A stretch of 64,000 nucleotides of DNA, from contig OZ024743.1 in assembly GCA_964016885.1 (NCBI GenBank), positions 154,504,001 to 154,568,000 of the forward strand, given 5' to 3'. Shown in pieces: positions 13,700 to 26,775 of the stretch; the stretch's first letter is position 1; each line of letters begins with the position of its first letter. A program made the translations under genes and the position numbers. The notes below the pieces were generated by a model. The model had not been told where the DNA came from. It worked only from the letters and a program-made list of their open reading frames with translations, and ran no database searches. This stretch comes from Eledone cirrhosa. Taxonomy: Eukaryota.

Positions 13700-15790
13700 A
13701 GAAAAACATGGCTGAGCCACGCCCCCCCCCCCCCCCCCCCCCACCCCCGGCAATATGACTGCTGTCGTATGACCGCGTAAACATTGAGAGTGAAATTCAT
13801 ACAACAAACACCACCATAGACAACGTGAAGAAAGACAACAAAAATGGGAACAATAATTTTAAAAAATTACCACAATAAACACAATAAGAGCATCAACCAA
13901 AGTACAGACAACAGGAAATACATGACAACAAATGCAACAACGATATTAACATCACTAACCAAAAAATAAACAACGACAACACCAACAGCAACAATACAAA
14001 TTGTACTGAACTGTGACACCAAAAATACAACCCAACTACAACAGTGATTACAGCAACAGCACCTACAGCATCGTTTGTAGCAGTAGCAACAGCAACAGCA
14101 CCAACAACAAGAGCAGTAGCAGCAGTAATGGCAGCAATAGAGGTGAGGCTGAAAAAGGGGCCACTTCTTTCGCAGGTGTGGCCTGAAATATAGAGAAGTG
14201 CTAGTCACGGAGGAGGAGATGGCAGTCAAAAGAGCCATGGTGACAAGGAATGAAAATAGCGTGTCCCTGAAACATCCACCCGATTTCTTCAAAACCAGCA
14301 GCTGCGTACGGTGACTTACCGCACGAATAGCAAAATGTCACATAAGGTGGAGAGAGCCGTGGAGGCTTGGGCCTTGGGGTGAGTCTGGGCGCGCAAAACC
14401 CACATCACCCGAGGCAAAAATTACGCCACAGTAGACGTACATTTCGCAACCCCCCAAGAGACGAAGTATCTCACATTGGAAACCCTAAAGAGTGAGGAGA
14501 TAGTCTTGATGCCCTCCTACTGCGGGCCGAAAATTGTGAGGGTACAAGTGACCCAGGTCCCGCCCGACGTACCTCATACCTTGGCTGGCCGCGTCTGTAC
14601 GGGCTGCAATCGAGCAGACCACCATACTGCACATAAAGAGAATGGTAAGAGAGAACTGGTCAGGAATATGCATGCAAATGCTAATACAGACTGACCAGGA
14701 GTGCACCGAAGACATCCCTGATATCAATAGACCTTGGAGTAGGGCTCCAACACCCTATAAGCATGGAAGGAAGGCGCCCAGAGTGCTATCTCTGTGGTCA
14801 GAAGGGTCACTTTAGGGCCTTCTGCCCGCAGAAGACAGCCAAGAAGAGGGATCACCGTCCTTCCGACGCCTGATCCGTTGCTACCAAGAGCACTGCAGGC
14901 AACAGAGGCAGAATGCCCTTCCATGGTGAGTAGGAGGGCGACCCCTGTGGCATCCATACCAAGGCCATGGACAACTAAACAGCGGCAGCAGTGGTGGCAA
15001 CACCAACTGTCGCAGTAGATACACCGGCAGAAAATTCGCCGGAGTGGGCTCTACTACCATCATCAACAGCATTGGAGCTCACACCCCGCCCATACGCCAC
15101 GGAATCCAACATGGAGTATGAGGCGGTAGGGAAGTGGCAAACGGTCTGACACAAAAAAGAAGAAAAAAACAAAACCCTAGCTTCACCCTCCAAAAACGAA
15201 GCCAAACAAAGCGGGGTAAAGGCTGCAAGGAAACTTGCAGACCGCCAACACCATCACCTTCACCACCATAAGCATTACCACCAACAACAACCACACCACC
15301 ACCAGCATCACCGAAAACACCAACTTCGCAAACACAACAGAACACACACACAACAGCAACAAGAAGAAAACAGCAACAAAATCACCGCGCTTGGAAGCTC
15401 AAATGTATCCAAGCGCTCACTGCCCTCTACCAGCTGGGCACTAGTGTCGGTGGAACATCCACCTCGGCGTCCTATAGAGGGCTAGTAGAGCAAAAGAGCG
15501 ACGACGTTCTCGGGGAGACCCTGGACGTCAAAGACGATCAGCTGTTGGCCCTCTTCAAGAGAACTTTCAGACCGGGGCCTATGGAGAACTTCTAGCAATC
15601 CCAGGCTTAGCAGTGCTACCGGGGAGAGTTGCCGGTTCAGGATAAGCTCTACAGGCACGGAGGTGCTGTCAGCCGTGCCTATCCGAGATGCGCGCAGGGT
15701 GACGAAACCGTCGTTCAGTGCCCGAGGATTGCTGACTTGTGGAGCTATATCGAACAGCTGTTGTCGCGTGTAGGACGGATCCGGTTATCG
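13700..15790 (+). mobile_element. Internally deleted Tx1/L1-like LINE (ORF1 with CCHC knuckle joined to the ORF2 C-terminal zinc-finger region)
   Basis: EGRRPECYLCGQKGHFRAFCP at ~14770-14830; CYRGELPVQDKLYRHG..PRCAQGDETV..QCPRIADLWSY at 15610-15780. Confidence 0.7.
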
Positions 15791-15841
15791 ATTGATGTGG
15801 CCAATAAATACAACATTATATTATTAGTAGGTGCATTTTCT

Positions 15842-16003
15842 AAGGGCGGTGGATTGGCAGTAACGGTAGAGCGTCGGACGCCATGCATTGACGTATAGAA
15901 TTACAGCCCTTTCCATTCTGAGTTCAATCCTTATGGGGTTGTAAAATAAAGTACCAGTAATACACTGGCTAATTGCTGGCCTTGTGCCAAAAAAAGAAAC
16001 AAT
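15842..16003 (+). mobile_element. OK-type SINE, internally deleted
   Basis: Family head and tail. Confidence 0.8.
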
Positions 16004-16189
16004 TATTATTATTAGTATTACTTTTATTATTTTGGCATTATCTGCAGAGTGTCAGACAGTATGCATTACACCATAGAGTTATGCTCCTTTACGTTCGGAA
16101 TTCAAATCCCGCCGTGGTTACCTTTGCTCTCCTTGTTTTAAAAGTAGAAACATTTTAATTATTGTTATCATCAGTATTATTCCTGGGCG

Positions 16190-17480
16190 TATGGTTAAGA
16201 GACGGCTTACTATTGACATCACTAGAGTACTCGATCTTAGAGAGATTGCTGTGTTTGCTAAATGCTATATGATCTGCTCGGTTGGAGGTTATGGGGTATG
16301 GTATTTTTTGATAAGGATGTCTTGGAACTCATCTTTGAGTGGGTCGTTTATCTCTAAGATACTAAAGAAGATTTTAGAGATATCAGAGGCTACGCTTTTT
16401 GAGTAAGGAGGAAGATACCATGAAATATTACGGCCGCGTCGTCTGCATGGTGCACCGAAGTTTTCGCGGTCTTTTACACCATAAGTGGGGCTATTCGTGC
16501 TACTAAGTCCGGGTTGATTTCCCTTTCTGTCACTATTTGTATTCCCTGCTCCTACAGCAATAGGGACGTTCACAGGTTTGATTCTGCGTTTGTTGTTAGG
16601 TGTGGGTAGTAGTCCGTCGCCTTTATTGCGGAATATGGTTCATTAGTGTTGCCTGTCCTAGCTACATCACTATTATAATAATTCTTATTGGTGCTATTCT
16701 TCTTAACTCATCTAGTTTTATTACTATCAATGCTGATGTTGCTATATCACGTAATTACATTAATTTTATGCGGGATATTAAGAGATTTAATATTGTGAAT
16801 ATAAACGAACTTATTAACATAGCCTGACGCGGCCAGTGCGCTATTATAATAATCAGCTAAGTTGTTAAATATGCCCTCATTGGCCAGGAGCTTGGGGAAT
16901 TTATAAAATACGTTCTTTACAATTGAGTTGAGAATAGAGTGGGTGATTAGATAGTTTATTAACGTATGAAAGCACCTTTCCCGGGTTATGGTATTGTCGG
17001 TATAACCCTGTATCTACCTCTAATGTTACGCCTAGGAAGTTAATTATCTTATGGTTAGGGTCAATGGTTACAGAGAATCCGTTTGAATTTGTTTTAATAT
17101 GTATATGCCTGCTAAGATTTTCTAGCCTACGAGGGTTATTCTTTTTTTACGATAAAGAGCATCGTTTCTATATAAACATCCCTGTAGTGCTGGGATTTCC
17201 TCTCTGAGTATATAAAGGAGGGAGCGCCAACGAGGTCTCTTACCTGGGCCGAGCGCTCGAACCAATTGTGATATCAATGTTACCGGGGCGGTTGGCCCTG
17301 ATCCAGTAGAAGCTATCGAAATCAATAACATTACACAAAGCAGTAAGTATTATGGCTATCTCGTTTTTCTTTATATTAGTGTTAGATTTAGTTAAAATCA
17401 AAGCATTATTTAATAGGATAGGTGAGATAGATGTATAGTAGTTATCTATATAGAATTGCAGAATATTGCTGTCCATTAAC
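16190..17480 (-). mobile_element. Decayed Naiad-like PLE RT/thumb/linker fragment
   Basis: LQFYIDNYYTSISPILLNNAL, GCLYRNDAL, INFLGVTL..YRQYH..YVNKLSNHP, RGRNISWYLPPYSKSVASDI. Confidence 0.85.
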
Positions 17481-19066
17481 AGCCATTAATCATGCCAACG
17501 TTCAACTCATTCAAAATATCATTGATGCAGAACGAAAACAATCATTGCGTTGCATTGCACATGTTACTAGAATAAACAAATAATCGGAATAAAGAAAGAC
17601 ATTTTGTTTTCGCTTCATTTGATGAGGTGGTGGATGGATCATTGCACTGATTTCGACAATGTCCGAAAGAGCGGTTCCAGAATGAGTTAAATCCTTTCGA
17701 TTAGCACTCTGAAGATGTTATTTCAGTCAATGGAGATTATATGTTGCAGAATAAATAAAGTTTCGTTACAATATGTTGTGCATTTTCATTTAAAGGGTTA
17801 TTCTAAAGACTTTAGTGCCACACCAAATATTCGCGGATTCATGAACCCGCGATGACTTGAAACCATTAATTCAGTGGCTAACGAAATATTTCTCTATACC
17901 ATAAACACACTGTGATTGAACGTGAACATCGAGGATATATTTAATAATTGCTTCCTTCCCCTTATTCTTTAATTAAATCTTTAAATTCGAAACTTAAATT
18001 TTACATTTTTAATCTTTAATCTTAACTTTAAATTCTACATTAAAACTTTATTATGACTATCAAACATATATTCACCTTTCACATACATTCTTCCTGCTAC
18101 GAATGATTTAACTAAATCTTTCAATTTTAAACCTAAGTTTTACATTTTTAATATTTAATCTTATTTTAAATTATACCTTAAATCTTTCAATGTTAAACCT
18201 ACATTTTACGTTTTTAATCTTCTATCGTAACTAGCTGAAAAAACCACACGTCGGGTTGTTTTTTGCTAGCTTGTGTAGTGTATTGATATTATACACAAAT
18301 ATATATACCATGTAAATAAAATCATAATTGACAATAACAACAGAAATTGAACGAAGACTGTGTTACACTGTCTTCTGTAATCAGTAACGTAATCCATGAT
18401 ACATTAAAAAAATAATATTATATATAAACTGCATTAGGAGAACATTAGCGACGGAAATATATGCGATTATAAGTGTTATAATATCACGGCCGCTAACCGG
18501 AAAAGTTGACATTTGACAATTTAAATGAAGTGAATCTTTAAATAAGCTATAAAATATATTTAATCAACAGCCACGAAATTTTGTAGATAAGTTATGTAAT
18601 ATTCATTCATTATTTATTCAAAGTAATCCAACTTATTTTACAAATGGGGTAAACATATATATATTCTGGATGCAGTCCAGCACTCCTTTCTTTATTATAG
18701 TTAAGCTTTCAAATTCTACCTTAACACCTTTGGGATTCAAGTTCTGAGTGTACATCCGCCCACTATATCATTTAGAACTGTTTGACCAACGCCAACTGAA
18801 TTGTTTTCGTTGTAATCTGATCTCCTGTACCACTAACAGGAGTCTATATGTCAGTGGGTGGCAGCGTGGTAGTAGTAGACGTAATACTACAGGCACCCTA
18901 ACTCTACCCACAGGATAGTATGCACAATAAGCATACAACGCCCTGACCAAACCGAACTGGCAACAGTTGGCCCTGACAACATTCGGATCTTACACATTTC
19001 TCTCTTACTTTTTAACCCTTGGATTGTTTTTATCATTATTCCTTTATTATATAACTTTTATACAAT

Positions 19067-19128
19067 AAACACCTGATGATGTCACCAGGATCCTATGGGA
19101 CCTGGTCAATGAAATGTGCATAGTGTTT
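19067..19128 (+). ncRNA. Minimal type I hammerhead ribozyme in a PLE terminal remnant (~18710-19340)
   Basis: aaacac-CTGATGA-..accagg..cctggt..-GAAA-tgtgca-TA-gtgttt, then aataaa and (TA)n. Confidence 0.82.
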
Positions 19129-19333
19129 GCTATAATAAATCTTTGAAGGAATTTCATCAGTCTGGCCTCCTGTCATTTTACTTAATAATAATTCACTCCG
19201 TTCTCGCGCCACCAACAAAATTCAATATAAAAGAAGATAGATGGGTTGCATAACGTCGAGTGCTTTTTGTTAGTCACATTATGGTTCACTATACACAATG
19301 ACCAGTTCTAGTTAGTTGTGAACCAACAAACCT

Positions 19334-19364
<31 letters not shown>

Positions 19365-19406
19365 ATTTCCAATAGCCGAAATACGATTCTCGCTAATTTA
19401 TATTAG

Positions 19407-19492
<86 letters not shown>

Positions 19493-19863
19493 CAGCTATG
19501 TATCGAGGCACGCGTGCGTGAGTGTCTATATATACATATATATGCGTATGTCTATATGGATGTATGTGTGTATATATATATATATGTGTACATGTATGTA
19601 TATAATATGTGTATGTACGTATGGACGGTTAAGTTTCAAAATATGTATGCATACATAAGTTTATATGGAGAGAGGTGTCACGGTTCGCAAAAGAATATGT
19701 GTGTCTCTTTATCTCCCTATATTTCTCTCTCTATATGTGTGGAATGTGTATATATATATGTGGGAGTAAGTGTATCTGACCACATATTACGCGGGGGTAT
19801 CTCTTTATTACACACTAACTAAGAGAACACGAGCTGTACAAGTTAAATATCTGTAGCGACAGA

Positions 19864-20038
19864 TAATTGTTTCTACTTTAGGCACAAGGCCAGCAATTAC
19901 CCAGTGCATTACTGGTACTTCATTTTATCTACCCCGTAAGGATCAAAGGCAAAGTCAACCTTGGCGGGATTTGAACTCAGATCGTAAAGGGACGTACCTA
20001 TGCTGGAAAGCATGGCGTCCGACCCTCTACCGATACTG
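19864..20038 (-). mobile_element. OK-type SINE
   Basis: Family similarity; TSD gcgacagataat. Confidence 0.9.
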
Positions 20039-21604
20039 TGGCGACAGATAATAAACAGTTAAAGTGTTGTCTATTTATATACTTGCTATTTTTCTAAATG
20101 GTTCTCTTTGGACAAACATTTTTCTTCATCTTCAAATATCGTTAAATTTCCAACCTTTCCTCACATTCGTTATATTATTATTATTTGTTTAATTTGTATA
20201 TTTTCTCTACTATTTTGTCTACTCTTATTTCTTTCTAGATGTATTTCTTAGTCATTGATTGGGAATCCTAATTTTTTTTCTTTTCTGTTAACTTTATTTT
20301 TCTCTCGTTTTACGCATCCAATTAATGCATTGAAAACATTTTATATGTATTTAAAAAAAAGTATAGTTCATTATTTCTGCGGGAGACTGAGAAATGGAGC
20401 TGGAATATTCAGATTATTAATATGTGGTTACATAACTACTATCACTTAGTCACTATATCGATTCATCATGATCAAACAAGCTTCTGAAACGATCGTAAAA
20501 CAATGAACTAATCAATTACCAATCTTCGCCTTTTATTTCATTGCTCAACAAACACACACCTACTACCATAGATGATATTTTTCATTATCTCCGATAGAAA
20601 AAAATATATTAAAAGGATTAAGTGTACATCAATTTATCTACAGACAATAACTAACAAAAACTTCTTGTAGCGAAACTCACCTGAGGAGTTTCTATTTACT
20701 TAGTTTTTGTTTTCAACAAATAATTGCATGACCAGAAACCTGAACCAATATATGTAAAAACCAAGCATTCTCTGAAGAGAAAATAACTGAGACTAAATAT
20801 AATTGGGCATGTAGACTCATGACTCTCTTACTTTTACTGAATTGCAATATATATTTGCAACTGCATTTACGGGACCGTTATAGTGTTCAGAATTTTTACC
20901 TTACAGATAGATGGATTATCTATGATATACTAAGATTAATTTCTCTTCAGATGAATTATTTCAGAATAGATTAGAACCTATACTAGAACCATACATTGAT
21001 CTTAAATAAAGTATAGTAACACCTCATTAAGTAACTCACATATATGAAGCGATGGTGGTGTGTATATGTATGATATTACACTTGGTTTACGTGTAAAGAT
21101 TCCGTCGAAACAGTCTGGGATAGTATGACTTTCAGACATAGGAGGCATGGGAATATTTGTCTATGCAACTGATTGATACATATTTTAAACGTGTATATAT
21201 ACCCGAAAAGAATAATTATTTTATAGATATACATTATATTTGTTATTGAATGTACAGAGCAATCATGTGGAAAGATGAGTTGGAAATTATTTTCAGCTTA
21301 TGCTTAGTTATTAAGTTCGAATAATGCTTGTACAAGTAGGAAACCTAGAGTTGGTATATTGCACTGCCGAAGTTCCTGTAGGTGTAAATTTATGACGAAT
21401 GTATTAATTATATACAAAGTAAGAATGCCATCTGGATTACCCCCCCCCCCTCCACACAGATAATCTACAGCTTATTATTTATGCAGGGTTTTCAATAACC
21501 AGAAATAATATCAGCCATTGTCATATCTTCCTTATATTGTTATCATATATGTATAACTTGCTATTAATTACATCCATACCGATGTATCTATTTATATGTT
21601 GTGT

Positions 21605-21746
<142 letters not shown>

Positions 21747-21748
21747 AC

Positions 21749-22585
21749 TAGCAGTAAAGCCCGACGTTGCTCGGGGCTGCTCAGTAGCTGTGTTAAAGTT
21801 ACAATGTTAAGTTCCTTTCTTGGCTTAAAAATTGTAGAGTCTACAGTGTAGACTTTCATGTGGTACTTTTGATTAATATTCCCTCTACCAACAGTATGCG
21901 TTATGAAGTTAAGAAAACATAACCATAACTAGAATGTTAAAACAAAAGATGATGCTGGGGATAACAACTGCACTGGTAATATATTAACAAAATCGAAAAT
22001 GTAAACACTGCAACACTTGTCTCAGAAAAAAAACATCAGCGTAAAAACTATGAGTTATTTTGAAACAAAGAAATTGGATAGAGATGAAAAAAAAAAAATG
22101 CAATTTCGTCGTTTATCACCTCTCTGCACAACTGCTGTCTCCACAACTTTATCGTCTATATCACCTCCCTGTACGACTTTATGTCTGCAGGCCTCCATCG
22201 TCTATCAGCCCGACTGTCTGTCTGCACAGCTTTATCGCCTATATCACCTCTCTGCATGACTATCTGTCTGCACAAGTTTATCGCATATAGCAGTAAGCCC
22301 GGCGTTGCGCGGGGCTGCTCAGTAACTGTGTTAAAGTTACAATGTTAACTTCCTTTCCCATTCATCTGTAGAACAAACGTAGTCCATCTGCCATGTTTTG
22401 TGAAAATCGGTTGTGAACTCCAGAAGTTATGACGTTTTGTTGCATTTCACTGCAGTGCTTCAGTCGACTCCAAGGAAGTGGTTAAAGGGGGTATCTGGAA
22501 AAATGAAAGTGCCCATGACCATCCGGAGTACATAAGTAACCTATGTCTTAAGTTTGGTGAAAATACTGTAGAAATACATAACGTT
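21749..22585 (-). mobile_element. Non-autonomous Helitron with duplicated 3' end
   Basis: cccgagcaacgtcggg hairpin + CTAG at 21749; second copy of the terminus at ~22288-22360. Confidence 0.7.
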
Positions 22586-22732
22586 TACACACACGCACGC
22601 GTGTGTGTGTGTTTGTGTGTGTGTATGTAGTTGTGTGTGCGTATATATATGTATGTGTATGTCCGTCGTCGCATACATATGTACTGGGCTAAATCTTCAC
22701 TATTTACTTTTACTATTTTAAGGCAAAATTAA

Positions 22733-22840
22733 AATCCCGTCGAGGTTAAGTTTGCCTTTCATCCTTACGGGGTTGATGAAATAAAGTACCAGTAATGTAC
22801 TTGTTAATTGCTGACCTTGTGCCAAAAGTAGAAACAACTA
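22733..22840 (+). mobile_element. OK-type SINE, 5'-truncated
   Basis: Family core. Confidence 0.8.
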
Positions 22841-22929
22841 TTTTAATAACCTCTGTCATTTTCGTTTATAATTTTATTTACATCATTCTTAAACTCCAGG
22901 ACTGGAAATCATTCGGTTATTTTAAATAG

Positions 22930-23190
22930 AATATTAGTCTAACGACTCCATTTACACCATAATCTTGGTCTCGTCTTTGCATGAAATTGTTCTTGTCGGT
23001 CCACATAACGACGTATTATCCTCGCTTTTTTTTCGTTCATTACTATGGAACGTCTTCATGAGCCAAAATATCGTCTTCCTGTTTTCCTTCCGTTGCAACG
23101 TTTCTCGAAATATTTAATTCTGAGTTCACATATTTTAGTTTAAGAAGATCCCGTTAATGTTGAAAGCAGCGATTCTTTGCTAAAATTTCT
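22930..23190 (+). mobile_element. Older pLTR fragment of the 48954-50275 PLE family
   Basis: Similarity to 49815-50250 (ttagtctaacgac..gacgtattatc..gttgcaacgtt..gaagatcccgttaa..gaaagcagcgattc). Confidence 0.7.
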
Positions 23191-23298
23191 TTCTTTCTCA
23201 ACCCCTCTCCCTTTCTTCTCGTACCCTCTATCTCTCTTTCTCTGTCACTCATAAACCCTCTCTCCCTCTTCATAATGGAGTACAATAAAGAACGCGCA

Positions 23299-23355
<57 letters not shown>

Positions 23356-23689
23356 TTATATATATAGGTGTGTTAGTGTGTGTGTGTGTGATATATATAT
23401 GTATAGAGAGAGAGAGTTGCAACATGTATGTAGTTTCATAGATTTTTTAGGGTAGTAGTGAGAGGAATTAAGCGTATAAGGGAGAGGGGTTACAGCATGT
23501 ATTTAGTTTTATCGATGTTTCTTCATAGAAGCATGACATTATTGGCAAAGTTTATTACGCGTTGACCAACCTTGGTAAATTTGGAGCACATTGGAAAAAA
23601 TCATCAAAATCGGTAGAGAAATGTGGAAATGCATAAAAATCATACACACACACATACATACAGAGATCTTCCGTTTTATATATATATAC

Positions 23690-24210
23690 TAACTGTTTAG
23701 CCCGGCGTTGCTCGGCTTTGTTCATTTGCTATGAAATGGTACATAAAGGTAAACGTAGCTTGAAAGCGCATAAGCTTATCAATTAAGTGCATAAAACAGT
23801 TGAACCGGTTATTAATAGTTACGAACCAATTAGCATTTTGGACAATCAATGATGGGTTAATAATCTTCCAATAGCGAATTTGGTAGACCAAAGTTGCAAG
23901 ATGGTGGCCTTGATGCCGCTGGGTGTCAGATCTATCAGCTATGGGTGACCCTACCAGTTTTCCAGACGGCATAGCTCCAACACATCCAACACCTGCATCA
24001 ACATCTATAGCACCTCTTTGTAGACAATATTGCATGTCATCCCTTGAGGAGTGTAAGCAAAAAGTCCATTTCTGCTCCCTACGCGGGAACAGGCAACAGA
24101 AAGTTGGCCATGGGAGATTAGCCAGTTTCAGTATGAAAACTCTGGCAATGAGGTCATGTCTGTTCGAATAATTTTGCTCAGGAAAAGGTTCACGGGTTAC
24201 ATTCCGATTC
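23690..24210 (-). mobile_element. Internally deleted Helitron 3' part
   Basis: Rep RHDLIARVF fused to the Pif1 C-terminus HGQL.VACSRVG..T.NIVYKEVL*; terminal hairpin ccgagcaacgccggg + TTAG. Confidence 0.8.
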
Positions 24211-24436
24211 ATATGTCTATAGCATTAATCTGTTATATGAAGTGTTATTTTGCGGGTTGTTATTTGCAATAAGCCGATTGAAAATAAAGTAAAAAACCAG
24301 TCACTGAGGAGGTCACATGCTGTGTGACGAAAGAGCTTCGACAATATATAAACATGATTTATTGAAGTAGTAGAATGAATAATATACATTTATGATACAA
24401 CACATCGTAGATACTAAGGTAAATGTTTAGCATATA

Positions 24437-24619
24437 TAATTGTTTCTACTTTAGGCACAAGGCCAGCAATTATCAGTGCATTACTGGTACTTTATTTTAT
24501 CGACCCCGTAAGGATGAAAGGCAAAGTCAACCTCGGCGGGATTTGAACTCAGATCGTAAAGGGACGTAACTATGCTTGAAATCATGTCGTCCGACCCTCT
24601 ACCGATACTGCCAATCCAC
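24437..24619 (-). mobile_element. OK-type SINE
   Basis: Family similarity; TSD tagcatatataatt. Confidence 0.9.
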
Positions 24620-24899
24620 TAGCATATATAATTACAGTTAACTAGAATCATTTACTTTGGAAAGTACGAATTACGAAATTTAAAGTTTTTCAAACATCCA
24701 TCTGTATCCAGAAATATCATAAAGATTAATTGTATGCATTTCAAAAGATACTGATGCCTTATCAGAGAAAAAACAATCCCCATAATCACCTTTACAGAGG
24801 AATATTGCTGCATTAAAAGTATATGTTATATAAGAATACCTGAAATTATCAGTTTAACGTGCATGATGTACATAAATTGTGATAATGCAATTATTTAAT

Positions 24900-25268
24900 T
24901 AATTGTTTCTACTATTGGCACAAAGCCAGCAATAATCCAATACATTACTGGTACTTTATTTTATCGACCCCGTAAGAATGAAGGGCAAAGTTAACCTCGG
25001 CGGGATTTGAATTCAGAATTGCAAAGGCCGTAACTCTGTGCGTCAAAGCATCGCGTCCGACCCTCTACCGATACTGTAAATAATTGTTTCTACTTTTGGC
25101 ACAAGGCCAGCAATTATCCCAGTGTATTACTAGTACTTTATTTTATCGACCCCGTAAGGATGAAAGGCAAAGTTAACCTCGGCGGGATTTGAACTCAGAA
25201 TGACAAGGGCCGTAACTCTATGCGTCAAAGCATGGCGTCCGATCCTCTACCGATACTGCCAATCCACC
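24900..25268 (-). mobile_element. Two tandem OK-type SINEs
   Basis: Units at 24900-25077 and 25081-25268. Confidence 0.9.
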
Positions 25269-25714
25269 AGTGTACCAATAAATACTCATAAGTGATTACA
25301 CTAAACATTTCACTGTTTTCTCACAGGTGAAAGTGGTCAGGCTTGAATTTAATATTGAAATATATTATTGGTTAGAAAAAATTAAAGCTGAAAATAAAGC
25401 ATACATACAAGCATACACAAGAGAGAACGGGAATATAGTTGTGTGTGTGCGGACATGTGTGTGTAGGTGGGTGTATGATTTTATATGTACCTGTGGGTGG
25501 TCATCAGAAGTTATGTAAATACATCCACAGTTTAACGAATTTACTATGAAATAAGTATATATTGCAAGTCCGCATGGTGACGTAACACCCGATAGAGTCG
25601 GAGTGTCATCGTTTTCACATACCGTGTTTCTAGTTCACTTTCAACCATCCAGGTGTGAATACAGCAGATTTCTTCCAGAGAAGAAAGAGATATTGATAAG
25701 TAGAGGATGAATTG

Positions 25715-25870
25715 ACCCTACTAGTAGAATGGTACTTGTTTTTATAAACCTCAAATAATTAAACGCATAGTTGACCTCGGCGGAATTTTAACTCGGAGAG
25801 CAGAGAACCGAAACGAATACCCGAATGCATTCTATACGACGTTCTAATGACCCTGCTAACCCACTGCCTT
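25715..25870 (-). mobile_element. Old diverged OK-related SINE
   Basis: tggtact..ttttat..gttgacctcggcggaattt.aactc. Confidence 0.6.
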
Positions 25871-26596
25871 AATTATTTATTCATATTTGCATAAATATTT
25901 ATACTTCTTTTCTAACAAATTGCAGAATCTGTAGATTTCTCTAGAGCTTTCCATAATGAATTTGAGTGTTAAACAACAATTCCATCTAACTGAACTTTTC
26001 CAGGAAGCTTCACCAACATTACATTCCTTACTTATGCTCTTTCCTCTTCTCAGGAATAACATCCTAATCTATGTTTTCATCAAGATAACCACCAACAATA
26101 TTCTCCTACTTTCTTAGTTTAACAATTTATAATCAGACGTATCTGTAATATGAGTTTATCAATTTGTCTCCAAACAAAAAGAAAACTAGAGTTGTCATGT
26201 CTACGAATGTGTTTGTGTTTGCGTACATTTGTATTGATACTGCATGTGCACATTCTTTAGATTGTAAGTGCTTAGCAGATTCCAATATCTGTCTGAAAAT
26301 CTAAATCCATTACTTTTTTTCTATTTATCATCTAAAGAACCAATTCTCATAGACACTTTTAGTAATGTATTTCTTTTCTTCCTTTCATTGTATCTCTTCA
26401 GTAAAAGGGCAATATATATAATAGATTGGCTAGGATCACTGGTCCTGTAACGGACCTCACATCTATGTTAATGTCACTTTTTGAGCATTCATTACTTAGG
26501 CAATATAGAATTTACATCATCCATATAATTGAATGTAAATATCATTTGTATTATATATTATTGTTTTTTCATAATTAGCATTTAGTGTCCATTATT

Positions 26597-26775
26597 TGGC
26601 AGTATCGGTAGAGGGTTGGACGCCATGCTTTCTAGCATAGTTACGTCCTTTTACGGTCTGAGTTCAAATCCCGCCAAGGTTAACTTTGCCTTTCATCCTT
26701 ACGGGGTCGATAAAATAAAGTACCAGTAATGTACTGGATAATTACTGGCCTTATGCCTAAAGTAGAAACAATTAT
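26597..26775 (+). mobile_element. OK-type SINE
   Basis: Family similarity. Confidence 0.9.

Noticed and set aside
20681-20739. Exon-like segment with a perfect CAG-gtgagt donor
   Set aside because: The 59 nt form has stops in all frames; an 11 nt form fits the phase but has no pyrimidine tract. Left unassigned.
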